Assembly (NCBI GenBank): GCA_039805045.1
Contig: JBDLUZ010000003.1
Coordinates: 1 to 32,628, forward strand
Direction of reading: 5' to 3'
Length of the DNA stretch: 32,628 bases
Source of the DNA: Bacteroidota bacterium
GTDB lineage: Bacteria > Bacteroidota > Bacteroidia > Chitinophagales > Chitinophagaceae
The translations under genes and the position numbers were made by a program. The first letter of the stretch is position 1, and each line of letters begins with the position of its first letter. Below are positions 8,502 through 17,165 of this stretch, one piece after another. The notes under the pieces were generated by a model. The model searched no databases, was not told the DNA's origin, and was given only the letters and a program-made list of their open reading frames with translations.

Positions 8502-9377
8502 CTATAAAACATTTAAAACCTGCTCCTTTGCTTTTTCCAATTCATCTTTCATCTCTACAACACATTTCTGTATGGTTGAATCATATGCTTTAGAACCTGT
8601 GGTGTTAATTTCTCTGCCAATCTCTTGAAGCAGAAAAGACAGTTTTCTTCCCTTAGAAATTTCTTTTTCCGAAAGCAGGGTTCTGAAGTAAGAGCAATGG
8701 TTAGATAACCTGACCTGTTCTTCAGTAAGGTCGATTTTTTCCAGGTAATAAATCATTTCCTGTTCAAACCTATTCATATCTACTGATTCTTTACCTGCAT
8801 GTTCTTCGAGTAGCTTCAATAAATTTTCCCTGATTTTTTTCCTGCGCAATGGCTCAAGTTCCATTACATTGGTTTGCAGCTTTTCAATGTTACTGATACG
8901 CAGCAACAATTCCTTTTCAAGCGCCTCACCTTCATCATCTCTGTGTTTATTGATCATTGCAACAGCGTCAGATAATGTTTTTCCCAAAACCTGCCATTCC
9001 GTTTCTGTGACTACTTCTGATGAAGCAGCAACTACTTCAGGCAACCGCAAGATGGAAGCCAACAGTTGAGCATCATCAGCTTCCATCTGATCTGCCAGAC
9101 TTTTCAACTGCTTGTAATAGGCTGATGCCAGGTCAATATTGATGGCTGATGGCCTGGAAGCCCCGTTTTGTTTTATTGATATGTTACATTCCACACTCCC
9201 TCGCAGCATTGATTCAGACAACTGGTTTCTGATTTCAAATTCATAAGGTTTAAGCTGTGGTGGAAATTTGAGTAATAAATCAAATTGTTTGCCATTGAGT
9301 GAACGCAACTCCACTACAAATACTTTCTCTTGGATTGTTTGTTCTGATCTGCCATAACCAGTCATGGATCTGAGCAT
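8502..9377 (-). CDS. yicC: YicC/YloC family endoribonuclease
   Basis: N-terminal MLRSMTGYGR, ELRSLN, and C-terminal GRKLSFLLQEIGREINTTGSK...ELEKAKEQVLN. True start ATG 9377. Confidence 0.92.
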   Translation of the reverse strand: MLRSMTGYGRSEQTIQEKVFVVELRSLNGKQFDLLLKFPPQLKPYEFEIRNQLSESMLRGSVECNISIKQNGASRPSAINIDLASAYYKQLKSLADQMEADDAQLLASILRLPEVVAASSEVVTETEWQVLGKTLSDAVAMINKHRDDEGEALEKELLLRISNIEKLQTNVMELEPLRRKKIRENLLKLLEEHAGKESVDMNRFEQEMIYYLEKIDLTEEQVRLSNHCSYFRTLLSEKEISKGRKLSFLLQEIGREINTTGSKAYDSTIQKCVVEMKDELEKAKEQVLNVL

Positions 9378-9398
9378 ATTAAATAAATTGTGGAATGT

Positions 9399-9429
9399 AA
9401 AAAAAGAGCGCCCGAATGTTTTCGGGCGC
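9399..9429 (-). terminator. Intrinsic terminator upstream of yicC
   Basis: Perfect 9-bp stem GCGCCCGAA/TTCGGGCGC (9408-9416/9421-9429), 4-nt loop, followed on the minus strand by TCTTTTTTT. Confidence 0.75.
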
Positions 9430-9470
9430 CGATATATAGATGGGTTAATAAGTACGGGAAATAAATCCCT
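9399..9470 (-). ncRNA. Candidate ~70-nt sRNA or leader/attenuator RNA
   Basis: Near-consensus -7 box TAATATTG (9481-9474), small 5' hairpin GGGA-N6-TCCC and a strong terminator with no annotated gene feeding into it. Confidence 0.35.
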
Positions 9471-9615
9471 ACACAATATTAAAAATATATTTCATGAGAA
9501 TAAAATTTTATACTGATTATTTTATTCACAAAAAAAATATTGCATGTGAATTACTGATTTGAATATCAGTTTTTCAAAAATTATAACAAATAAAAGTTAC
9601 AGCAAAAGTCATCAC

Positions 9616-9623
9616 TATCTTTG
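9616..9623 (+). promoter_or_regulatory. -7 promoter box (TATCTTTG) for the lpxD-like gene
   Basis: Exact match 14 nt upstream of the ATG. Confidence 0.6.
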
Positions 9624-9637
9624 TAAAAATTACTGTT

Positions 9638-10591
9638 ATGAAATTTCCTGCACCTGTTTCCATTGAATGGATTGCGCAACTCATTAATGCCTCAGTGCAT
9701 GGAGATTCAAAAGCATCAGCCCTTGGAATCAATGAAATCCATCGTGTAGAAACAGGAGATCTTGTATTTGTTGATCATCCCAAATATTATAAACAATGTA
9801 TTGACTCTGATGCATCATTTATCATCATCAACCAGCTTACAGATTTCCCAGCTCATAAATCATTGCTATTGGTTGATGAACCATTTGAAGCGTATTTGAA
9901 AATAGTGAATCATTTCAGGCCATTCATGCCATCAGACAAATCAATATCCGCTTCAGCTGTTATTGGCAAAAGCAGTTACATTGCACCAAATGTATTTATA
10001 GGTCATGATGTTGTGATTGGTGATAATTGTATTATCCAACCCAATGTTACGATTATGGACAACTGCATTATCGGAGATCGTGTTGTTATTCAATCCGGAT
10101 CAGTGATCGGCGGTGATGCATTTTATTACAATGGCAAGAAGAACAGAGAAGTCTGGTATAAAAGAATGAACAGTTGCGGAAGGGTATTACTGATGAATGA
10201 TGTGGAAGTTGGAGCAGGTTGTACCATTGACAGGGGTGTGACCCATGACACCATTATTGGAGAGGGCACTAAACTTGACAACATGGTGCATATAGGACAT
10301 GACGTTGTTGTAGGAAAGAATTGCCTGTTCGCTGCCCAGGTTGCCATTGGCGGTGCTACAGTAATTGAAGATGGTGTAATTCTTTGGGGGCAGGTTGGGG
10401 TGAGTAAGACGCTTACCATTGGTGCCAATGCTGTTGTAATGGCCCAGAGTGGTGTTGCCTCAAGCATTGAAGGTGGTAAAGTTTATTTTGGATATCCCGT
10501 AGATGAAGCAATCACCAGAAAAAGGGAAATGGTCTGGATCAAAAGAATTCCTGAGATGTGGGCGATGCTGAAGCGCTTAAAGGAAGACTAA
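9638..10591 (+). CDS. lpxD: LpxD-like UDP-3-O-acylglucosamine N-acyltransferase (hexapeptide repeat)
   Basis: LpxD N-terminal domain, left-handed beta-helix hexapeptides, GAGCTIDRG and [11 protein letters not shown]. Confidence 0.75.
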   Translation: MKFPAPVSIEWIAQLINASVHGDSKASALGINEIHRVETGDLVFVDHPKYYKQCIDSDASFIIINQLTDFPAHKSLLLVDEPFEAYLKIVNHFRPFMPSDKSISASAVIGKSSYIAPNVFIGHDVVIGDNCIIQPNVTIMDNCIIGDRVVIQSGSVIGGDAFYYNGKKNREVWYKRMNSCGRVLLMNDVEVGAGCTIDRGVTHDTIIGEGTKLDNMVHIGHDVVVGKNCLFAAQVAIGGATVIEDGVILWGQVGVSKTLTIGANAVVMAQSGVASSIEGGKVYFGYPVDEAITRKREMVWIKRIPEMWAMLKRLKED

Positions 10592-10609
10592 AAATGCAGC
10601 TTATTGATT

Positions 10610-11608
10610 TTACTTTCTGATTTCATTGACCGAGTCAAGTTGCAAATAATATTGACATGCGTCATATATTGTTTCATCAAGAGGTCTGAATGTGAAACCC
10701 TCCAGTGCCTTCAGAATTTTACTGTTATCAAAATGTACTTTTTGTTGTGCCGTTTCAGCAGTCTCCTTGGTTAACAGGGGCTCCTTTCCAGTGAGTATAC
10801 CCTTTACCCGCTCAATCCGCCAAACGATTGAAGCCATCCAAGGTTCTACTTTCCTGTGAGGAGGCCTCTTACCAAAACCATTCGCCATGGTTGTAAACAA
10901 ATCACGGTATGTCCAGTTTTCTGCAGAAAGAATAAACCTTTCAGCAACGATCTCACTCTCCATTAACTTTACCATTGCATTTGCCACATCGTATGCATCT
11001 ACAAATCCGCTGACACCATCCGTATACCAGGGAAACTCATTGTAGGCATTCCTGAAGGTAGCTGATGAGCCTTTCTCCCAGTTTCCCTTACCCAATATGA
11101 TAACAGGATTTACAATGACTGCATTCAGTCCTTCAGCAACAGCCCGCCAAACTTCCAGTTCAGCGAGGTATTTTGTTTTCCCGTAAACTGAGGGGTTTGA
11201 TTGATCATCCCAACGCATGTTTTCTGTAACCACCTGATTATTCCGCTTACGCCCCAGCGCCGCTACAGAACTTACATGCACAAGTTTTTCAATACCCGTT
11301 TCAAGTGCTGCATTGACCACATTGGCCGTACCTTCCACATTGATTTTCATGAGATCACCAGCCCTACCCGGACTGAATGAAACCAAACCGGCACAGTGAT
11401 ATACCCTGTTGCACTGATGCATGACATCCGTCAAAAGACAGACATCAAAAATATCTCCCCTCACCCATTCAACCTTTTCTGCCTCCTCATTGGTGAGGTC
11501 TCCTTTACCATTTCTATAGAGTGCTACTACTTGTTGGCCTTCCCTAATAAGTTGCTTAATGAGGTAGGAACCAAGTAATCCGGAAGCACCTGTGATGAAA
11601 TTTTTCAT
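10610..11608 (-). CDS. NAD-dependent epimerase/dehydratase (dihydroflavonol reductase-like extended SDR)
   Basis: TGASGLLG, HCAG, VSSVAA and YGKTK motifs. Confidence 0.88.
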   Translation of the reverse strand: MKNFITGASGLLGSYLIKQLIREGQQVVALYRNGKGDLTNEEAEKVEWVRGDIFDVCLLTDVMHQCNRVYHCAGLVSFSPGRAGDLMKINVEGTANVVNAALETGIEKLVHVSSVAALGRKRNNQVVTENMRWDDQSNPSVYGKTKYLAELEVWRAVAEGLNAVIVNPVIILGKGNWEKGSSATFRNAYNEFPWYTDGVSGFVDAYDVANAMVKLMESEIVAERFILSAENWTYRDLFTTMANGFGKRPPHRKVEPWMASIVWRIERVKGILTGKEPLLTKETAETAQQKVHFDNSKILKALEGFTFRPLDETIYDACQYYLQLDSVNEIRK

Positions 11609-11611
11609 GTG

Positions 11612-12640
11612 TTAAACGCCTGAAAACTGTTCCAGAAAACGTACATCATTCTCACTGAACAAACGGATGTCTGTGATGCCATATTTCAGCAGAGCCGGCC
11701 TTTCAACACCCATTCCAAATGCAAATCCAGTATATTTCTCCGGATCAATACCACAATTTTGAAGCACATTGGGATGAACCATACCACAACCCAAAATCTC
11801 AAGCCATCCGGTTCGCTTACAGACTGCACAGCCATCTCCTTTGCAGAGCAAACAACTGATATCCATTTCTGCACTGGGCTCTGTGAATGGGAAATAACTT
11901 GGCCTGAACCGAATGCTGACATCGTTACCAAACATTTCCTTCACAAAGAAGTAAAGTGTTTGTTTGAGGTCTGCAAAAGAAACATTTTCATCAATGTAAA
12001 GTCCTTCTACCTGATGAAAGAAACAATGTGACCTGGCACTTATGGTTTCATTGCGGTATACCCTACCCGGACAAATAATCCTGATGGGAGGTTTTTGTCT
12101 TTCCATCTCTCTGATCTGAACATTGCTTGTATGTGTACGCAACAAAATTGCAGGATCAGTAGAAAGATAAAAGGTATCCTGCATATCACGTGCAGGATGA
12201 TTTTCGTCAAGATTCAGTGCGGTAAAATTGTGCCAGTCGTCTTCTATCTCTGGCCCTTCTGCCACAGTGAATGACAGGCGCTGAAAAATGTCTACAATTC
12301 TGTTCCGCATGAGCGTTACAGGATGTCTGCTGCCAGACGGCAAAGGAATGCCGGGAAGCGATATATCTGGTATATCAGCTGATTCGCCAGATAGAGCATC
12401 AATACGCAGCTTCTCAGTATTGTATTTTTCTTCAGCAAGGCTCTTGAATGCATTGAGGATTTGTCCGAATGATTTTTTCTCTTCTGGCGGCACCTGCTTC
12501 ATTTCCCCCGCAATGGCTTTTACAAGACCTTTGACACCAAGAAATCTGATTCTGAATTGCTCAAGGGATTCCGCATCATTTGCAGTGAAGACATTAACCT
12601 CTTCAGTGTAATTGTTTATTTGCCGGAGTAGTTCTTCCAT
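11612..12640 (-). CDS. pheS: Phenylalanine--tRNA ligase alpha subunit
   Basis: HPARDMQDTF, LLRTHTS, FHQVEG, FPFTEPSAE and GFAFGMGVER. Start ATG 12640. Confidence 0.97.
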   Translation of the reverse strand: MEELLRQINNYTEEVNVFTANDAESLEQFRIRFLGVKGLVKAIAGEMKQVPPEEKKSFGQILNAFKSLAEEKYNTEKLRIDALSGESADIPDISLPGIPLPSGSRHPVTLMRNRIVDIFQRLSFTVAEGPEIEDDWHNFTALNLDENHPARDMQDTFYLSTDPAILLRTHTSNVQIREMERQKPPIRIICPGRVYRNETISARSHCFFHQVEGLYIDENVSFADLKQTLYFFVKEMFGNDVSIRFRPSYFPFTEPSAEMDISCLLCKGDGCAVCKRTGWLEILGCGMVHPNVLQNCGIDPEKYTGFAFGMGVERPALLKYGITDIRLFSENDVRFLEQFSGV

Positions 12641-12753
12641 ATTGCGAAGATAACAAATCAGGGAGGATAAGCGTAGGATATCGATCAACCATTTTTTTGC
12701 AAAAGCACCAGCATTATCATCAGTTTACAGTAGGTTTGTTTAAATTTTGATAC

Positions 12754-13884
12754 ATGCAGATTCAGCATTTAGCAGATTTTTTGGAGCCGGTAAATCTAGC
12801 TCGGGTTACAGAAGATGCCGATTTGAAGGAAGGTCAAATGGGCAGGTCTATCATTTTATTTGAGGATGAATGGCCGGATTTGTCTGAGGCAGATCTCGTT
12901 ATTGCCAGCTGTGATGACATGCGGGGAGATGGAATCATAGGTAATATGAAAGCTGGTACCAATAAGATCAGAAAAGCATTTTATTCGCTTTTTTACTGGC
13001 ATAAAAGTATCCGGATTGCGGACATTGGCCATATCAAAACCGGTGCAAATGTAACAGATACTTATGCCGCTATTCGAACTGTGGCCAGTGAAGTAAACAA
13101 GGCTGGTAAATATTTTCTGTTACTTGGAGGCGCCCAGGATATGACTTTGGCACTTTATGAAGTTTTCAGGCAATCCGGCAGGCAAGTTGAGGTTACAGGT
13201 ATTGATGCATTCATCGATTTATCCATAGATAATCCGGTCAAATCCAAAAATTTTTTAATGGAAATGCTGACCGGGGATCCTAACCATATCAGACATTACA
13301 ACCACATTGGCTTTCAAAGTTATTTTGTACATCCCAAAATGCTGGAAACCATGGATCAGCTTCGGTTTGATTGTTACAGACTGGGCAGGGTTAAAGAAAA
13401 TATTGAGGAGATGGAACCAGTATTGCGTAGCACTGAACTGCTGAGCTTTGACCTTGCATCACTTAATGCTGCTGTTTCCCCCGGAAGTGTTAGTCCAAAT
13501 GGTTTCAATGGTGAAGAAGCTTGCACACTCATGCGCCATGCGGGAATGAGTCAGCATCTCAAAATTGCGGGGATTTTTGGATACAACCAACAGACAGATC
13601 AATCTGGATTACTTGCCACACAGGTTGCTCAAATGATTTGGTACTATATAGATGGAATACAGTTTGGGAGAAATGAAGCATCCTTAGACAACAAAGATAT
13701 GTTTATTGCATGCCACATTGCTTTTGCCCAGGTTGAAACTACCTTTATCAAAAGTAAAAAAACAGGCAGGTGGTGGATGCTCATGCCAGACGGGCGCTAT
13801 GTTCCCTGTTCTTACAGTGATTTCCAGCAGGCAGGTGAAAATGAAATTCCTGAACGGTGGCTGAGGATTCAGGAAAGAAATTAA
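12754..13884 (+). CDS. Arginase/formimidoylglutamase family protein with divergent metal site
   Basis: Ureohydrolase fold cues (IADIG, LLGGAQD, IDA, SFD, SPNGF) plus a C-terminal KS.KTGRWW...VPCSY.D extension. Confidence 0.8.
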   Translation: MQIQHLADFLEPVNLARVTEDADLKEGQMGRSIILFEDEWPDLSEADLVIASCDDMRGDGIIGNMKAGTNKIRKAFYSLFYWHKSIRIADIGHIKTGANVTDTYAAIRTVASEVNKAGKYFLLLGGAQDMTLALYEVFRQSGRQVEVTGIDAFIDLSIDNPVKSKNFLMEMLTGDPNHIRHYNHIGFQSYFVHPKMLETMDQLRFDCYRLGRVKENIEEMEPVLRSTELLSFDLASLNAAVSPGSVSPNGFNGEEACTLMRHAGMSQHLKIAGIFGYNQQTDQSGLLATQVAQMIWYYIDGIQFGRNEASLDNKDMFIACHIAFAQVETTFIKSKKTGRWWMLMPDGRYVPCSYSDFQQAGENEIPERWLRIQERN

Positions 13885-13902
13885 TGATATAAAAAATGAT
13901 TT

Positions 13903-15231
13903 ATGAAAAGGATGATTGTCGGTTTCGGATTACTGCTTCTAAGTTCCTGTTCAACACAATACCGCATAGGTAAAACAGTTAACTCCCTCTTTATAAAAGA
14001 CCCTGCCATGCAGGCTGCACACATTGGCATTGCCGTTCAAGACCCCGATCAAGAAAAATACCTGTACAGATTTCAGTCAGCAAAAAGGTTTACGCCTGCC
14101 AGCAATACAAAAATCTTGAGTTGCTATGCTGCCATGAAGTATTTACCTGAAAAATTACCTGCAGGAATCATTACAGAACTGGATACTGCCGTGTTGCTTA
14201 CTCCAACCGGAGACCCCAGCTTCCTGCATCCTGAATATGCAGAACAACCACTTTTTGATAAGCTGCGCAGCATTTCAAAACCTATTTACCTGAATACAAG
14301 CGTCTGGAAATCCAGTGCACTTGGTTCTGGTTGGAGCTGGGATGATTTCAGTGAGGCATACATGACTGAAAGAAGTTGTTTCCCTGTCTATGGCAATGTG
14401 ATTCAATGGTTTCAGGAAAAATCCACAAAGGAAAACCCGACATTCCCTGGAGATACTGTTGATTTATTTGTTTATTCAGTTCCGGAAGTAGATGGACGGG
14501 TTGATTTCGCCAAGCCCGGCGATCGTTTTGATGTATCTAGAAATCAACACATGAATGCCTTTACCCTAAAAGAGGGTAAAGAGTCCCTGGCTTCATCTAA
14601 AGTGCCGTTCATTACAAATGGCATGGAAACAGGATTAAATGTATTAAAAGACACCCTGCATAAATCCATTGCGGAAGCTGACCAGTCTTTGGTCAGAGCT
14701 GCATCTGGAAGAACTGCTGATACAATTTACTCAAGATTAACGGATTCAGTTTTGCAAAAAATGATGCACCGCAGTGATAATTTTTATGCAGATATGCTGC
14801 TACTCATGGTGAGTCAGCAAAAGTTAAAATCAATGGATGAAGATGCAATCATAAATAACATAATCAAACAGGACTTTAACCAGTTACCGCAATCCATTAA
14901 TTGGGTTGACGGCAGCGGCCTCAGCAGGTATAATCAGCTTACACCTGAAAGCCTCATTTATATTCTGAATAAGTTGAAGGATGAACAGCCATGGGACCGT
15001 ATAAAAAAAATATTCCCTTCTGATGGGGTGGGTACATTGAGTTTCTATAAAGAAAGAACTGATGATTTTATCATTGCTAAAACAGGAACGCTTGGAGGCG
15101 TTATTTGTTTAAGTGGATACGTGAAATCCAAAAAAGGAAAGTGGCTTACCTTTTCAATCATGGTGAATAACCACAACACCCCAACTGCTGTAATCAGAAA
15201 AAAAATGGAAACACTTCTCGAAACACTTTAA
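13903..15231 (+). CDS. dacB: D-Ala-D-Ala carboxypeptidase/endopeptidase (peptidase S13, PBP4), predicted lipoprotein
   Basis: PASNTK (SxxK), SDN, DGSGLSR and KTG; lipobox LSSC. Confidence 0.9.
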   Translation: MKRMIVGFGLLLLSSCSTQYRIGKTVNSLFIKDPAMQAAHIGIAVQDPDQEKYLYRFQSAKRFTPASNTKILSCYAAMKYLPEKLPAGIITELDTAVLLTPTGDPSFLHPEYAEQPLFDKLRSISKPIYLNTSVWKSSALGSGWSWDDFSEAYMTERSCFPVYGNVIQWFQEKSTKENPTFPGDTVDLFVYSVPEVDGRVDFAKPGDRFDVSRNQHMNAFTLKEGKESLASSKVPFITNGMETGLNVLKDTLHKSIAEADQSLVRAASGRTADTIYSRLTDSVLQKMMHRSDNFYADMLLLMVSQQKLKSMDEDAIINNIIKQDFNQLPQSINWVDGSGLSRYNQLTPESLIYILNKLKDEQPWDRIKKIFPSDGVGTLSFYKERTDDFIIAKTGTLGGVICLSGYVKSKKGKWLTFSIMVNNHNTPTAVIRKKMETLLETL

Positions 15232-17090
15232 ATACCAAAACTATCAATCAGAAAATCTTTTTTGACCTCGATAAAAATGGGTTTACCATCAAAATGAATG
15301 GCTGATTGCTGACAAAGAGAAAGTCTCTCAACGATATCTCTCATCGTCTCTTCAGCAAGTCTGGCTCCTGATTTCACAGCATGTTTTCTTGCCATAGCCC
15401 TAGACATTCTTTCTCTGTATTGCTGATGTAGCATTGAGGTTGAATCTTTGACATCTTCCAGAATCATTTCTAGCACCTGCTGGTCATTGTCTGTAGGATG
15501 ATCTGCTGGTGCGCCCTGCAATAAAAAGGTATTGCTTCCAAAGGGTTCAAGCTGATAACCCATATGAAGCAAATCAGGTAATATTGAACTGATTACCTGA
15601 GCATCAATGGGAGACAAATTAATGACTTGTGGGAACAAGCTTTGTTGTATTGCCATTCCTTTACCCTGCCAGATTAATTTGAATTTCTCGAAAAGCACCT
15701 GTTGGTGCGCCAGTTGTTGGTGAAGGATAGTTATACCCTGGTGCTGTTCGAAAACGATATAGGTCTGATGTAACTGAAAGACTGGATTGGTAAATAACAA
15801 TTGCAAGGAGGCATTTCCGGGCCTCCCCGCCCACTTCTCCATTTCTGCCTCAAGCTGATTACTCATTTGTGGCATATCAGCCTGAACAACTTGTTTTTCT
15901 TTGGGAGAGGACTCAAAAAAATCTTTCCAGTTACTCAGGTTGCTGGAAGAGCCTATGCGGTGAGCCTGGTGTCTTTGAATGAATGATTTATATATGCCAC
16001 TACCCTCTGCATCCAATTTATTTTCAGAAGTAAATGGCTTTGCTACAGCATCCAACTGCTGAATGGATGGTTCAAGGTTGAAATCCATCGAAGGTGCTAT
16101 ACTGAACTGGGCAAGTGCATGTCTTATTGCAGACCGAATAAAAGCGTATACAATCTTCTCGTCTACAAATTTTATTTCCTGTTTTGTCGGGTGCACATTT
16201 ACGTCTACCTGCGCCGGATCAAGTTCAATAAATAAGGCGAAAAAGGGGAAACTTCCCTGTGGAATCATCTCTTCATATGCACTTACGATGGCATGACTTA
16301 AGTATGGATTCCTGACATATCGCTTGTTGACGAAAAGATACTGTTCACCTCTTGTTTTCTTTGCTGTTGCAGGTTTACCGATATACCCAGACACATCCAG
16401 GTAGTCTGTTTTTTCTTTAACTGCAACCAACTGACTTGTAAGACTGTTTCCGAAAAGCTGAATGATACGCTGCTTCAATACACCACGCTCCAGATGAAAT
16501 ATTTCCTGACCATTATTTGTCATGGAGAAAAATAATTCAGGAAAAGCAAGGGCTACATGTATAAATTCCTCGGTGATGTGACGCAATTCCACTGCATTAC
16601 TGCGCAAAAAATTACGACGTGCCGGAACATTAAAAAAGAGATTCTTCATGGCTACGGAAGTGCCCTGTGCATAAGCACATGGTTGCTGCCTGGTAACCAC
16701 ACTGTTTTCCAGCTCAAGTTCAGTGCCCATCTCATCAGATGCACGTCTTGTTTTCAGAATTACTTGAGCCACAGCTGCAATGGAAGCAAGCGCTTCACCT
16801 CTGAAACCCATTGTACTGAGTCTGAATAAATCGTCTAATGCATTGATTTTAGAAGTAGCATGCCTACCGAAGCAATTACGTGCATCTGTTTCACTCATCC
16901 CAACACCATCATCAATTACTTGCAATAAAGACTTTCCCGCATCCTCAACTATGAGCTTAACCGAAGTTGAACCTGCATCCACCGCATTTTCCAGCAATTC
17001 CTTGACTGCACTCGCAGGCCGCTGAATTACCTCACCCGCGGCAATTTGATTGGCAAGATGTGCAGGAAGTATCTGAATTTTGTTTTCCAT
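15228..17090 (-). CDS. mutL: DNA mismatch repair protein MutL
   Basis: NQIAAGEVIQRPASAVKELLENAVDAG, HATSK, GFRGEALASI and DVNVHPTK. Confidence 0.97.
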   Translation of the reverse strand: MENKIQILPAHLANQIAAGEVIQRPASAVKELLENAVDAGSTSVKLIVEDAGKSLLQVIDDGVGMSETDARNCFGRHATSKINALDDLFRLSTMGFRGEALASIAAVAQVILKTRRASDEMGTELELENSVVTRQQPCAYAQGTSVAMKNLFFNVPARRNFLRSNAVELRHITEEFIHVALAFPELFFSMTNNGQEIFHLERGVLKQRIIQLFGNSLTSQLVAVKEKTDYLDVSGYIGKPATAKKTRGEQYLFVNKRYVRNPYLSHAIVSAYEEMIPQGSFPFFALFIELDPAQVDVNVHPTKQEIKFVDEKIVYAFIRSAIRHALAQFSIAPSMDFNLEPSIQQLDAVAKPFTSENKLDAEGSGIYKSFIQRHQAHRIGSSSNLSNWKDFFESSPKEKQVVQADMPQMSNQLEAEMEKWAGRPGNASLQLLFTNPVFQLHQTYIVFEQHQGITILHQQLAHQQVLFEKFKLIWQGKGMAIQQSLFPQVINLSPIDAQVISSILPDLLHMGYQLEPFGSNTFLLQGAPADHPTDNDQQVLEMILEDVKDSTSMLHQQYRERMSRAMARKHAVKSGARLAEETMRDIVERLSLCQQSAIHFDGKPIFIEVKKDFLIDSFGI

Positions 17091-17165
17091 GGATGGATGT
17101 ATGGGTTTTAGTGTGTTAGGGTTTGGACAAAATGCATAACTTACAAAATTAATAAATCCACGTGT

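Noticed and set aside
9378-9476. 33-aa N-terminal extension of YicC from the ORF track
   Set aside because: The family starts at M..SMTG and the extension runs through the terminator hairpin.
11612-12640. pheS without adjacent pheT or a pheM leader
   Set aside because: Separation of pheS and pheT is ordinary in Bacteroidota.
15003-15010. Poly-A tracts (A8 in dacB, near 9530 and at 23057-23064) as phase-variation sites
   Set aside because: Short runs are expected in AT-rich DNA and the reading frames are intact.
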